A stretch of DNA of 55,220 nt from an uncultured Candidatus Saccharibacteria bacterium (GTDB lineage: Bacteria; Patescibacteriota; Minisyncoccia; Phycocordibacterales; UBA2100), in assembly GCA_964462785.1 (NCBI GenBank), contig CAYWZA010000005.1, positions 1-55,220 on the forward strand, in the 5' to 3' direction. Positions 1 to 9,075 of the stretch are shown here, one piece after another. Below the pieces are notes generated by a model, which ran no database searches, was not told the DNA's origin, and was given only the letters and a program-made list of their open reading frames with translations. The translations under genes and the position numbers were made by a program. The stretch's first letter is position 1. Each line of letters starts with the position of its first letter.

Positions 1-53
1 ATTTCATGCACTTTGATTATCTCAAAGTGTTGCACTTACTTGTTGAACTAGCT
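1..53. repeat. 53-bp terminal inverted repeat, left copy
   Basis: Bases 1-53 (atttcatgca...gttgaactagct) are the exact reverse complement of 55168-55220; internal hairpin cactttga-ttatc-tcaaagtg. Confidence 0.95.
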
Positions 54-94
54 GGTCTCCTACTTGCCATGTCCGGTTATGCTACACTTTTAGG

Positions 95-1048
95 GTGATA
101 AAGGTGGCGTTCAGATTGGCTGTACAGATGTGGCCCATCACGGCAGCGCTCGGCGCGGTCGTCCTGTTGCTGTCCGGTTCGCTCACGTATGCGTTTGTAA
201 AGATAGTGGCGCTGGAGGGACGCGCGAATTCACTTGCAAGCGAGCTCGCCTCGACGAGCGCCGCGCTCGCGGGCGCAACAGCAAATTTCTCATCCGGCAT
301 TTCCTCACTCGAGGCAAAGACTGCAGGGCTGGACAATTCCCTTTCGGTGGCTCAGCGCGAGCTCCAAAGCAATGTGGATGCGGTGCGATCGCAAGTGGGC
401 GGAGTTGAACAAGCGGTGGGCAGTATTTCCGGTACGGTGAATACGCTTGAAAAGCTCAGCAAGACCGATCCGGAACTCCTGCAAAAATATTCGAAAGTCT
501 TCTTCCTTAACGAACATTATGCCCCTGAGCGCGTGGCGGAGATCGATAAAAAATTCCTCTATACTGAAAACTCGCCCGAGGTAATTCACGCAGGTGTCCT
601 GCCTCGTCTCAATGCACTGCTCGCTGCCGCACAGGGTGCGGGGCAAAAGCTGTACGTTAAATCGGCATATCGATCGTTTGACGAGCAAAAATCACTCAAA
701 AGCGCGTATGCAGTGACCTATGGCGCGGGTACTGCAAACCAATTTTCTGCAGATCAAGGATACTCCGAACACCAGCTAGGAACGACCGTCGATTTCATTA
801 CAACCGGTCTCGGCGGAGAGCTTGATGGCTTTGATCGCACGCCGGCATATCAGTGGATGCTCTCAAACGCGCACAAGTACGGGTTCACGCTCTCCTATCC
901 CGCCAACAATGAGTTTTACGTATTCGAGCCGTGGCATTGGCGCTATGTCGGCGTAAAACTCGCCACCGATCTACACACAAACGGCAAGACATTCTATGCG
1001 ATGGATCAGCGTGACATTGATGCGTATCTAGTTTCAATCTTTGAATAA
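95..1048 (+). CDS. Membrane-anchored D-Ala-D-Ala carboxypeptidase (peptidase M15B, VanY/LdcB-like) with coiled-coil stalk
   Basis: N-terminal TM, heptad-like Ser/Ala/Leu region, then SAYRS, SEHQLGTTVD and EPWHWRY zinc-peptidase motifs. Confidence 0.9.
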   Translation: MIKVAFRLAVQMWPITAALGAVVLLLSGSLTYAFVKIVALEGRANSLASELASTSAALAGATANFSSGISSLEAKTAGLDNSLSVAQRELQSNVDAVRSQVGGVEQAVGSISGTVNTLEKLSKTDPELLQKYSKVFFLNEHYAPERVAEIDKKFLYTENSPEVIHAGVLPRLNALLAAAQGAGQKLYVKSAYRSFDEQKSLKSAYAVTYGAGTANQFSADQGYSEHQLGTTVDFITTGLGGELDGFDRTPAYQWMLSNAHKYGFTLSYPANNEFYVFEPWHWRYVGVKLATDLHTNGKTFYAMDQRDIDAYLVSIFE

Positions 1049-1206
1049 AGGGTATTCACCCCAGAGCAAGCTCTGGACTCATTTTGAACTCGCTATGCTC
1101 GTGCATATTCCGCAGCAAGCTGCGGGGTATCATACCCTGTATTGCGTCTTCGCTCGGAGAAAATGCAAAGCTACGCATTGCATTTTGCCCCTCGCTAGCC
1201 GCAATA
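1049..1206. repeat. Composite REP-like palindromic element(s)
   Basis: Outer IR agggtat/ataccct (1049-1138) enclosing hairpins ccagagcaagctctgg and ccgcagcaagctgcgg; second unit tattgcg...cgcaata (1140-1206) with internal aaaatgca/tgcatttt stem. Confidence 0.65.
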
Positions 1207-1283
1207 GAGTGGGCTCTGATTGACAAAAGTGGTGCGTGGGCGAATGATCACTACTAGATTGTTTCCTTTGGGAGGAAGACGTC

Positions 1284-2117
1284 ATGCATGCCTCTGAAAC
1301 TGCGACTGCCGCACCGATAGAGCAGGAATGGTGGCGCTATACCAACGAGGAACACGACATATGGACTGCATTATTTAAACGGCAAGAAACCGTGCTGCGT
1401 AAGCGCGCATGCAATCAATTTCTGAATGGGCTAGAAGAGCTGGGCGTGATGGCACATCACATCCCCAATTTCGCTGCGCTCAATGAGGTATTGCACAAGA
1501 AGACAGGCTGGAAAGTGGTTGCCGTACCCGGACTTGTCGACGACGCGCTTTTCTTTGAGCATCTCGCAAACCGCCGCTTCCCTTCGACGCGCTTTATCCG
1601 GCGCAGAGATCAGCTCGATTACATCCAAGAGCCGGACATCTTTCACGATGTATTTGGGCACGTGCCCATGCTTGTCGACCCGATCTTCGCCGACTACATG
1701 CAAGCGTATGGCAAGGGTGGCTTGCGTGCGCTGGGCGGCGGAAACCTGCATCATCTGGCACGACTCTATTGGTATACCGTGGAGTTCGGTCTCGTGAATA
1801 CCCCACAAGGCATGCGGATCTATGGCTCTGGAATCGTTTCATCGAGCAAAGAGTCAGTCTACGCGCTCGAGTCGCCACGACCGCATCGCATCGCGTTTGA
1901 TTTGCTGCGCGTTATGCGCACCCAGTATCGAATCGATGATCTGCAGGAAGTGTATTTTGTCATCAACTCAATTGAAGAGTTGATGGATATTACGCTCAAA
2001 GATTTTGGTGCGATATATACAACGCTCGAGCATATGCCTGCGGCGGACAAAAATCTCGCGCCAAATGCACTCGTGCCGAGTGATGCGCTGTTTACAATCG
2101 GAACTACTGATAGCTGA
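1284..2117 (+). CDS. phhA: Phenylalanine 4-monooxygenase (pterin-dependent aromatic amino acid hydroxylase)
   Basis: EPDIFHDVFGHVPML (Fe-ligating His pair), LYWYTVEFGL, YGSGIVSSSKE; GGAGG SD upstream. Confidence 0.93.
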   Translation: MHASETATAAPIEQEWWRYTNEEHDIWTALFKRQETVLRKRACNQFLNGLEELGVMAHHIPNFAALNEVLHKKTGWKVVAVPGLVDDALFFEHLANRRFPSTRFIRRRDQLDYIQEPDIFHDVFGHVPMLVDPIFADYMQAYGKGGLRALGGGNLHHLARLYWYTVEFGLVNTPQGMRIYGSGIVSSSKESVYALESPRPHRIAFDLLRVMRTQYRIDDLQEVYFVINSIEELMDITLKDFGAIYTTLEHMPAADKNLAPNALVPSDALFTIGTTDS

Positions 2118-2121
2118 TAGT

Positions 2122-2150
2122 ATGCCGCTCGCTTCGCGAGCGGCATTTTC
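2122..2150 (+). terminator. Intrinsic terminator after phhA
   Basis: atgccgctcgc-ttc-gcgagcggcat hairpin followed by T run. Confidence 0.75.
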
Positions 2151-2252
2151 ATTGCATATACATGCTTCTTCTGTACGGTGAACATATTGTGCACATCGAC
2201 GGTCAACGGATGATATGCGAACATATCAGAATATTCATTAGCACGTACGCCT

Positions 2253-3140
2253 ATGCAAAAAATTGTTCCGCACCTGTGGTTCGACAAAGAGGCTAAAGAG
2301 GCGGCGGAGTTCTATGTTGCCGCCCTCGGAGGCGATTCAAAAGTTACCAATGTATCCACCATACACGGCACGCCATCGGGCTCGGTGGACATAGTCTCGT
2401 TTGCATTGCTGGGGCACGCATTCATGGGCATCAGTGCCGGTCCTATTTTCAAACCAAATCCGTCCATTTCATTTCTCGTCGCATGCAGCACGAAAGAAGA
2501 GGTAGACACCATCTGGAACAAAATGTCGCAGGGTGGTTCAGCACTGATGGAGCTCGGCACCTATCCGTTCAGCGAGCGCTACGGATGGATACAGGACCGC
2601 TATGGATTCTCGTGGCAGATCATGTTCTTTCCTGACAAGAAGACGCCACAGCGGGTTGTCCCGTCATTTCTGTTCGTAGGAAATGTGTACGGCAAGGCGG
2701 AGGAAGCTATGAAATTGTATGCCTCCGTGTTTAAAGACGCGCGCATTGACCACGTCCTGAGATATGAAAAAAATGAGGCGCCCGACAAAGAAGGCGCTGT
2801 GAAGCACGCGGCTTTCACGCTTGAGGGGCAGGAATTTGCCGCAATGGACAGTGCACATGAGCACAAGTTTGCTTTCAACGAGGCGGTTTCGCTTATGGTG
2901 TACTGCGATACGCAGGAGGAGATTGATCACTATTGGGATGCGCTTTCAGCCGTTCCTGAAGCCGAACAATGCGGCTGGCTCAAAGATGCGTATGGAGTCT
3001 CGTGGCAAATTGTTCCCCGGGAAATGGATGCCATGATGCGCACCGGCACCACAGAGCAGGTGGCGCGGGTTACTGAGGCATTTCTCAAGATGAAAAAATT
3101 TGACATCGCAACATTGCAGAAAGCGTACGACGGCGTTTAA
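2253..3140 (+). CDS. Tandem VOC/PhnB-family protein (3-demethylubiquinone-9 3-methyltransferase-like family)
   Basis: MQKIVPHLWFD start; duplicated domains with YGWIQDRYGFSWQ and CGWLKDAYGVSWQIVP; C-terminal MKKFDIA. Confidence 0.88.
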   Translation: MQKIVPHLWFDKEAKEAAEFYVAALGGDSKVTNVSTIHGTPSGSVDIVSFALLGHAFMGISAGPIFKPNPSISFLVACSTKEEVDTIWNKMSQGGSALMELGTYPFSERYGWIQDRYGFSWQIMFFPDKKTPQRVVPSFLFVGNVYGKAEEAMKLYASVFKDARIDHVLRYEKNEAPDKEGAVKHAAFTLEGQEFAAMDSAHEHKFAFNEAVSLMVYCDTQEEIDHYWDALSAVPEAEQCGWLKDAYGVSWQIVPREMDAMMRTGTTEQVARVTEAFLKMKKFDIATLQKAYDGV

Positions 3141-3164
3141 ATAATCCACGCATATAAAACATAC

Positions 3165-3536
3165 ATGAAGCGTCACGTGCAGACATCGATATTGCTCGCT
3201 CTTCTTGCGGCAGGAATTGTGCTCACCGCGGTTGTTGCCCTGACTGCAATGCGCGCGTATCTGTGGGGGCAGGAACAGCACTATTTTGGAGAGGTTATTC
3301 GAATGACTGATAGCGGTGTTGTCATATCAGATCCGTTATTGGGCGAGCGTTTTGTCATTATCGATGCAACGACGGTGATACGCAGAGGTCGAGACAGTGC
3401 GCAGCGTCTGCAGGTTGGTGATCGCCTGATTGTATTCAGTACGGACGAGGAAATTGCAGTCCACGCAACATTTATTCGCGTAGTGAGCGACGGCAAACAG
3501 CTTCCATTACCGTTGCAACAGCGCCTCAAGCAGTAG
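3165..3536 (+). CDS. Hypothetical membrane-anchored protein with small beta-barrel-like domain
   Basis: N-terminal hydrophobic helix, LQVGDRLIV-type OB-like pattern; operon context. Confidence 0.6.
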   Translation: MKRHVQTSILLALLAAGIVLTAVVALTAMRAYLWGQEQHYFGEVIRMTDSGVVISDPLLGERFVIIDATTVIRRGRDSAQRLQVGDRLIVFSTDEEIAVHATFIRVVSDGKQLPLPLQQRLKQ

Positions 3537-3553
3537 TGCGGGTCTGCACATCT

Positions 3554-4123
3554 ATGCGATTAACTCTCAAAAAATATCTTCCGCGTTTTTTGCCCATCCT
3601 ATTTTTTGCAGGGACACTATTCGTTCTTTTTTCATCATCACCGGAAGATCTCATACGCTTCGTTGGAATCGAGAACGCCTACGCACTCATTTTTGCACTG
3701 GCATTCCTTGGCGGACTTACCACTTTCAGCGGTATTCCCTACCATCTCGTGCTCATCACGCTCGCATCAGGCGGTCTTAATCCGTATCTCCTCGGCATGA
3801 CAACGGCACTTGCGGTGTCGCTGGGCGATTGCACCTCGTACTATGTCGGATACTACGGACGCGATCTGCTCCCCGTGAAGCTACAGTCTTCCCTGCAGCG
3901 ACTCTCAAAACTTCAGGTACAACACCCTCGTTTGCTGCCCGCAGCATTTTTTTTCTACGGCGCGTGTATCCCTTTTTCGAGCGACCTCATCACGATTCCC
4001 ATGGGAATCCTTCGCTATCCGCTCTGGAAAGTGATCGTGCCGCTTGGTATTGGCACTGTCATATTCAACACCGTCCTCGCCCTCATCGCTGCATATTCCT
4101 ACGAGTGGTTCGTGTTTTTATAG
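3554..4123 (+). CDS. VTT/DedA (SNARE-associated) family membrane protein
   Basis: Multiple TMs, LGDCTSYYVGYYGR, PFSSDLITIPMGILRYP patterns; ATG at 3554 preferred to GTG 3536. Confidence 0.75.
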   Translation: MRLTLKKYLPRFLPILFFAGTLFVLFSSSPEDLIRFVGIENAYALIFALAFLGGLTTFSGIPYHLVLITLASGGLNPYLLGMTTALAVSLGDCTSYYVGYYGRDLLPVKLQSSLQRLSKLQVQHPRLLPAAFFFYGACIPFSSDLITIPMGILRYPLWKVIVPLGIGTVIFNTVLALIAAYSYEWFVFL

Positions 4124-4128
4124 ACCGC

Positions 4129-5646
4129 CTATTCCACCGTATACGTGAACATCATGCCCGCTTCGATGTGCTCGAGGATGTGACAGTGCGCCATCCATAC
4201 GCCTAGGTTAGAGGGATCGAGAAGGATGTCGACTGTTTCGCCGGCTTTGATTAATGTTGTGTCTTTCCAAACGAGATTGGTCTCTTTCACGCCATCACGC
4301 TCAAGCACGAGGAATCTGTTGCCGTGGAAATGGATCGGGTGCTGCATTGGATGCATTGATTTCGGATCATTGAAGATCCGAATCTTTACTGGCTCGTCGC
4401 GCTTGAGTGCCCAGTTGATATCCATGTCTATCTTCCCTGTATCCTGATCGACGATGTGCCACTTCGTCGAATCGGCAGTAGTATTTGCATTCATCATCGC
4501 GTGCGAGTCTTCCCACTCGATGCCACCCGCAGGCGCACCCATCATGCCGCCCATGCTACCCATGTTCATACCACCCATGCCTCCCATTCCCATCATGTCG
4601 ATCGTGAGCGTAAGACGCTTATCAGGCGCTTTGTCGAAGTATTGCCTAAACGAATCGATACTTGCCTTGGTCGCCTGATGTTCCGGAATGTCAGCGAACG
4701 CTTCCGCATACGAGGGCAGAGCCGCCTCGCTCTCGATCGCGATCGAGCCGAGTGCCGTCATGCCAGACGGCGTATCGTTTACGATGGTTGTTGGCGACTG
4801 GATCAAGACATCGACGATCGCACGCTCGGAAGGTCCAAGAAGAACGCTATCCACCCATTGCGCTTTTTCATACGCGCCGTTGTCGCCGCCGACGAGCTTC
4901 ATCCTTGTCCCCTTGATCGCAAAATTGAACGGGCGCGTATTCGCCGCGTTCGTAAGATAGAGGCGCACAACTTCTCCCTTCTTCGCCCGGAGGACGAAAT
5001 TCTCTTGCCCGTTCACAAGCATCACATTGCCGAAACGACCCATGAGCACGTGATCAGTGCCGGTCTTGCTCAGATTGAGTTTGCCACCCTCAATGAGGAT
5101 ATCGTCGAGAAACAAGGCGACTTCCCTGTTGACTGGCGTCCAGTACGATTCGTCTGCAGGGATGACAATGAAATTTCCATAAAGCCCCATTTCCTGTGCG
5201 TACGCATCATGCACGTGCGGGTGGTACCAATATGCACCAGCGTCGGGGAACTTAAGTTTGTACGTAAAGCTCTCACCAGGCTCCATCTCTTTCTGTGTCA
5301 CCTGTGAGCCATCGAAAGCGTTATCCATGCGCACGCCGTGCGAATGCAGGAGCGTCTTGATGTCGGTCGCGTTCGTGAAGTTGATCGTGATTTCCGCACC
5401 TTGTGGAACTTTGATCAGTGGTCCTGGGATGGAGCCGTTGTATGCGAGCATCGTATGTGCGCGACCAGCGATCGTCTTCTGCACCTCATCCATGACGAGA
5501 TCGTAGGAATCACCATTTTTCAACTCAACGACGGTGCTTTCTTCGGCGGTGGTCAACTGTGCAGTGTTCGTGCGCGTGTCCGTGTACGCTCCGTAAACAG
5601 CGATGGTAAAGAAGAGCGCCGCGCCTATCAGTACTTTTTTGTTCAT
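4129..5646 (-). CDS. Multicopper oxidase (CueO/CopA-like), exported
   Basis: HSHG, YWYHPH, HPIHFHG, HCHILEHIEAGM copper motifs; Met/Gly-rich insert. Confidence 0.93.
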   Translation of the reverse strand: MNKKVLIGAALFFTIAVYGAYTDTRTNTAQLTTAEESTVVELKNGDSYDLVMDEVQKTIAGRAHTMLAYNGSIPGPLIKVPQGAEITINFTNATDIKTLLHSHGVRMDNAFDGSQVTQKEMEPGESFTYKLKFPDAGAYWYHPHVHDAYAQEMGLYGNFIVIPADESYWTPVNREVALFLDDILIEGGKLNLSKTGTDHVLMGRFGNVMLVNGQENFVLRAKKGEVVRLYLTNAANTRPFNFAIKGTRMKLVGGDNGAYEKAQWVDSVLLGPSERAIVDVLIQSPTTIVNDTPSGMTALGSIAIESEAALPSYAEAFADIPEHQATKASIDSFRQYFDKAPDKRLTLTIDMMGMGGMGGMNMGSMGGMMGAPAGGIEWEDSHAMMNANTTADSTKWHIVDQDTGKIDMDINWALKRDEPVKIRIFNDPKSMHPMQHPIHFHGNRFLVLERDGVKETNLVWKDTTLIKAGETVDILLDPSNLGVWMAHCHILEHIEAGMMFTYTVE

Positions 5647-5889
5647 ATAGTCTATTTAATCATGGATTTTGCAAATGCCGCCATTGCGGGGAGTACTTCG
5701 CATCATGATTTCATCATGTTGGGCATATAGCGTAGGCTGCGCGTCATCGGACATGATGCATATGGTTTCTTACCTCGATAGCAATGCATATCGAGCGAAG
5801 TTGGGTGCACACCGCTGCGGTGGCAATCGCACTGAGCGTATACCACATGCCGAAACGCCATACATGCTATGCATGCATCAATTTTTCAT

Positions 5890-7962
5890 ATGAAGCGGCG
5901 GGCAATTCTCACGATCGTGGGGATATATGTCGCATACTTGTTAACAGGGCTTGTCGGTTTACAGCTCTATAGCGCAACGCTTAATGTGCGACCAATTCTC
6001 ATATGGCTGCCGCTCGGGATTAGCGTTGCCGCCGTATTGCTGGAAGGATATATCGCCCTCATACCAATTGCGCTTGGTGCAATAACCATCGCCATTATTA
6101 ACAGTGTGCAGCCGCTTCCCCTTGCTGCTGCCACCGTTGTGGCGCACGTTGCGCAGGCGTATGTATTTGGGTTTATATTTCGCACGCTGCACGCGCATCC
6201 TCGTCTTGAGACGCTGCGCGACATGGCGCTCCTGCTCGCAACAGGTTTTTTTGCGACTGCCGTCTTTCCTTCAATACGATCTGCGGCAATCTATCTATAC
6301 AATGCGCAGTACGGCACGGAAATTCCAATCACGTGGACAACGTGGTGGGTTGGCAATGCGCTCAGCGTGCTCATTATTGTGCCGCTCCTGCTCGGCGTAT
6401 ATGCGCGAGCGCATCGGCTGTGGCGACGCCCCCGACTGCAGAATCTTGAACTGATTATTGCGCTCGTGCTACTTTCCGGCGTGTCGGTATTTCTTTTTGG
6501 AACATTGACCACCGCAGTGGGGGGTATTTCGCTCTTGTTCCCCTTACTGGTCATGCTGACATGGATATCGCTACGCTTCGGTGTGATCCCTACCGGCATC
6601 GGGCTGCTGCTCATGACCGCAATTTCGATCGGCGGAGCTCTCATTGGCACCTACGTCATGCCTCTCGGCGGTATACACCAGCGTCTGCTTAATGTGCAGA
6701 TATTCGATCTGATCATGGTGGTGTTCTTTCTTATTTTGGCGTCGGTGGAGGAACAGCGCAGAATTTCTCTCGCAGAGCAGGTGCAAAACGCGGAGCAACT
6801 TAAAGAGGCGCTTGAAAAGCTCCACAAGCAGGAAGATGCGAAAAATGAGTTCATCGCCATTCTTGCGCACGAGCTGCGCAATCCGCTTGCGCTCATGGAT
6901 AACTCAATGCAATTACTGCGCATCGAGACGAAAGATCACGTCGAAAATACGAAGCTCATCGACACCATGCTCAAACGCGTCCACACAATGGCGCGTTTGC
7001 TTGATGATCTTTTGGACATATCACGCATCACACAAAATAAAATCACCATTAAAAGCGAGGTCATCGACATGCGTGGCATCGCTCAGCACGCTATCGAAAA
7101 TATGAGATCCGTTGTAGCAAACCGGATGCAAACACTGCAAGGCACGGTGCCGTCGTACCCACTATGGGTGCGCGGCGACCCAACACGCCTTGAGCAGGTC
7201 ATGCTCAATCTGCTCATAAACGCTGCAAAATACACGCCTGACGGAGGGCGTATTGTTTTCACGCTTGCCAAAAGTGACGGATATATCGTCATTCGTGTTG
7301 CGGATAACGGTATTGGCATTCCATCCGACATGCTCACGCAAGTGTTTGAACCGTTTGTGCAAATTAGCCGTCCATACAAAATGCCGGGCGTTTCCGCCAG
7401 CCTCGGCGTCGGTCTTTCCGTCACTAAAAGGCTCGTCGAACTGCATGGCGGATCCATTGAAGCACAGAGCGCAGGATTGAATCAGGGCAGCGAATTCACA
7501 ATACGCCTACCTGTACACGAGCACAGTCACGATGAATCGAAACTGCCGAGACAAGCCGCAGAGAATCGCGAACAACAACAACAAAAACTGTCGCATGTCC
7601 GCACATTCGATATTCTTGTCGTTGACGATGAGTCGGCAATCGCGGACGGCTTCAAAAAATTGCTTGAGCAGGTCGGCGGACACACAGTGCGCGTTGCATA
7701 CAACGGGAAAGATGCGATCCAGCGCATGAAAGAACATGCGGCTGATGTTGTCATATTGGATATCGGCTTACCGGATATGGATGGATATACGGTTGCGCGC
7801 GCCCTTAAAAAGGAACGTGAACCGACGTTTCTCATTGCGCTCAGCGGATATGGTCAGGAGAAAGACAAGGAAAAAGCGCGTCAAGCCGGCTTTGATGAAT
7901 ATCTGGTAAAACCTGCGGGCATTGCTGCCGTTGAACGCATTCTGAGCACCATACCCAGTTAA
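5890..7962 (+). CDS. Hybrid sensor histidine kinase (MASE1-like membrane domain, HisKA, HATPase, receiver)
   Basis: ~9 TMs with WLPLG/WWVGN; AHELRNPL H-box; NLLINAAKY, DNGIG, GVGL boxes; VVDD...LDIGLP...KP receiver. Confidence 0.9.
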   Translation: MKRRAILTIVGIYVAYLLTGLVGLQLYSATLNVRPILIWLPLGISVAAVLLEGYIALIPIALGAITIAIINSVQPLPLAAATVVAHVAQAYVFGFIFRTLHAHPRLETLRDMALLLATGFFATAVFPSIRSAAIYLYNAQYGTEIPITWTTWWVGNALSVLIIVPLLLGVYARAHRLWRRPRLQNLELIIALVLLSGVSVFLFGTLTTAVGGISLLFPLLVMLTWISLRFGVIPTGIGLLLMTAISIGGALIGTYVMPLGGIHQRLLNVQIFDLIMVVFFLILASVEEQRRISLAEQVQNAEQLKEALEKLHKQEDAKNEFIAILAHELRNPLALMDNSMQLLRIETKDHVENTKLIDTMLKRVHTMARLLDDLLDISRITQNKITIKSEVIDMRGIAQHAIENMRSVVANRMQTLQGTVPSYPLWVRGDPTRLEQVMLNLLINAAKYTPDGGRIVFTLAKSDGYIVIRVADNGIGIPSDMLTQVFEPFVQISRPYKMPGVSASLGVGLSVTKRLVELHGGSIEAQSAGLNQGSEFTIRLPVHEHSHDESKLPRQAAENREQQQQKLSHVRTFDILVVDDESAIADGFKKLLEQVGGHTVRVAYNGKDAIQRMKEHAADVVILDIGLPDMDGYTVARALKKEREPTFLIALSGYGQEKDKEKARQAGFDEYLVKPAGIAAVERILSTIPS

Positions 7963-7968
7963 CCTGTC

Positions 7969-8925
7969 ATGAAAAAAGGTCACACCATCCGTTCATATCG
8001 TACACTCGTTAAGCGGCGGTTGAACAGATTGCGACCAATTCTTTCGAGAGTGGCGCACGGTGATTTTTCACACAACGTGCGTGTAGATACGCACGAAGAT
8101 GATTTCAAAAGTATATATGCCGGTATACAACTCATGATCAAGTCTGTTCGTGATACGATAGCTCACTTGAACAAACGGAATACCAACCTCAAGCAAAAAG
8201 TTCGCACGCTGCGGAGTGAGGTGTTGGAGCGTAAGAAGATGGAGCTCAACAAAAATGAATTTATAGCATTTCTCGGGCACGAGCTGCGCAACCCGCTTGC
8301 GTCCGTCCTGTATGCTGCGCAATTAATCAGGCTACAGATGCGAGCAGGTACGCTCGAGCATGTCGAAGAGGAAGTGCGCGTTATCGAGCACCAAAGCGAA
8401 CACATGGCACGGTTAATTCAAGATCTGACTGATGTTTCCCGCATTGCACGCGGCAAAATCGAATTGGAACGCCAGCCTATCGATCTCAAGGAAACGCTTC
8501 ACCGAGCCATACAAACCATGGAGCCGCATATAGCCGAAAAAAACCACCATTTTAGTGCCGTATTGCCGGAACAAACACTCCGCGCATTTGCCGATCCAAT
8601 GCGCATTGAACAAATCGTTACCAACTTGTTAGGCAATGCGATCCGATACACCGAGGCTGGCGGGATCATCGAGCTTACACTCGACACCATCGACAGCATG
8701 GCGCGCATTCGGGTCAAAGATAACGGGCAGGGTATTTCATCAAGATCGCTCAAGAAAATTTTTGATGTTTTCTTCCAGGTTAATGCGCAGGAGCACGGGT
8801 TAGGCATGGGGCTTGCGATCGCGCGCGGTCTTGCGCGCATGCACGGTGGCGATGTTGTTGCCTCGAGTGGCGGAATCGGCAAGGGGAGTGAATTTGTGTG
8901 CACGATTCCTTTGCTCAAATCCTGA
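7969..8925 (+). CDS. Cytoplasmic histidine kinase with N-terminal HAMP-like region
   Basis: GHELRNPL, NLLGNAIRY, DNGQG, GLGMGL; no TM segment. Confidence 0.88.
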   Translation: MKKGHTIRSYRTLVKRRLNRLRPILSRVAHGDFSHNVRVDTHEDDFKSIYAGIQLMIKSVRDTIAHLNKRNTNLKQKVRTLRSEVLERKKMELNKNEFIAFLGHELRNPLASVLYAAQLIRLQMRAGTLEHVEEEVRVIEHQSEHMARLIQDLTDVSRIARGKIELERQPIDLKETLHRAIQTMEPHIAEKNHHFSAVLPEQTLRAFADPMRIEQIVTNLLGNAIRYTEAGGIIELTLDTIDSMARIRVKDNGQGISSRSLKKIFDVFFQVNAQEHGLGMGLAIARGLARMHGGDVVASSGGIGKGSEFVCTIPLLKS

Positions 8926-8960
8926 TTCACCGCTCTTTCATTTCGAGCTGCTAGCATCGC

Positions 8961-9035
8961 TGTACTGGCACCTTTCGTTCGGGGCAGGGGGCAAGAATCA
9001 ACTTTGAGTCCCAGCCCCCGAGGCGCCAGCATGCA
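8961..9035 (+). promoter_or_regulatory. Long GC-rich stem-loop upstream of the polysaccharide operon
   Basis: ctggcacct/aggcgccag outer stem and cggggcaggg/cccagcccccg inner stem, ending ~40 nt before the ATG at 9076. Confidence 0.4.
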
Positions 9036-9075
9036 ACTTATAACGTAATAAATAAAAGTCTGTGCTCTTTTTTGT

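Noticed and set aside
95-1048. Vancomycin-resistance gene vanY
   Set aside because: It is an M15B family member, but no vanHAX/vanRS context; a housekeeping carboxypeptidase is more parsimonious.
5655-5880. Small ORFs between the multicopper oxidase and the hybrid kinase
   Set aside because: Several short overlapping frames, none with a motif or clear start signal.
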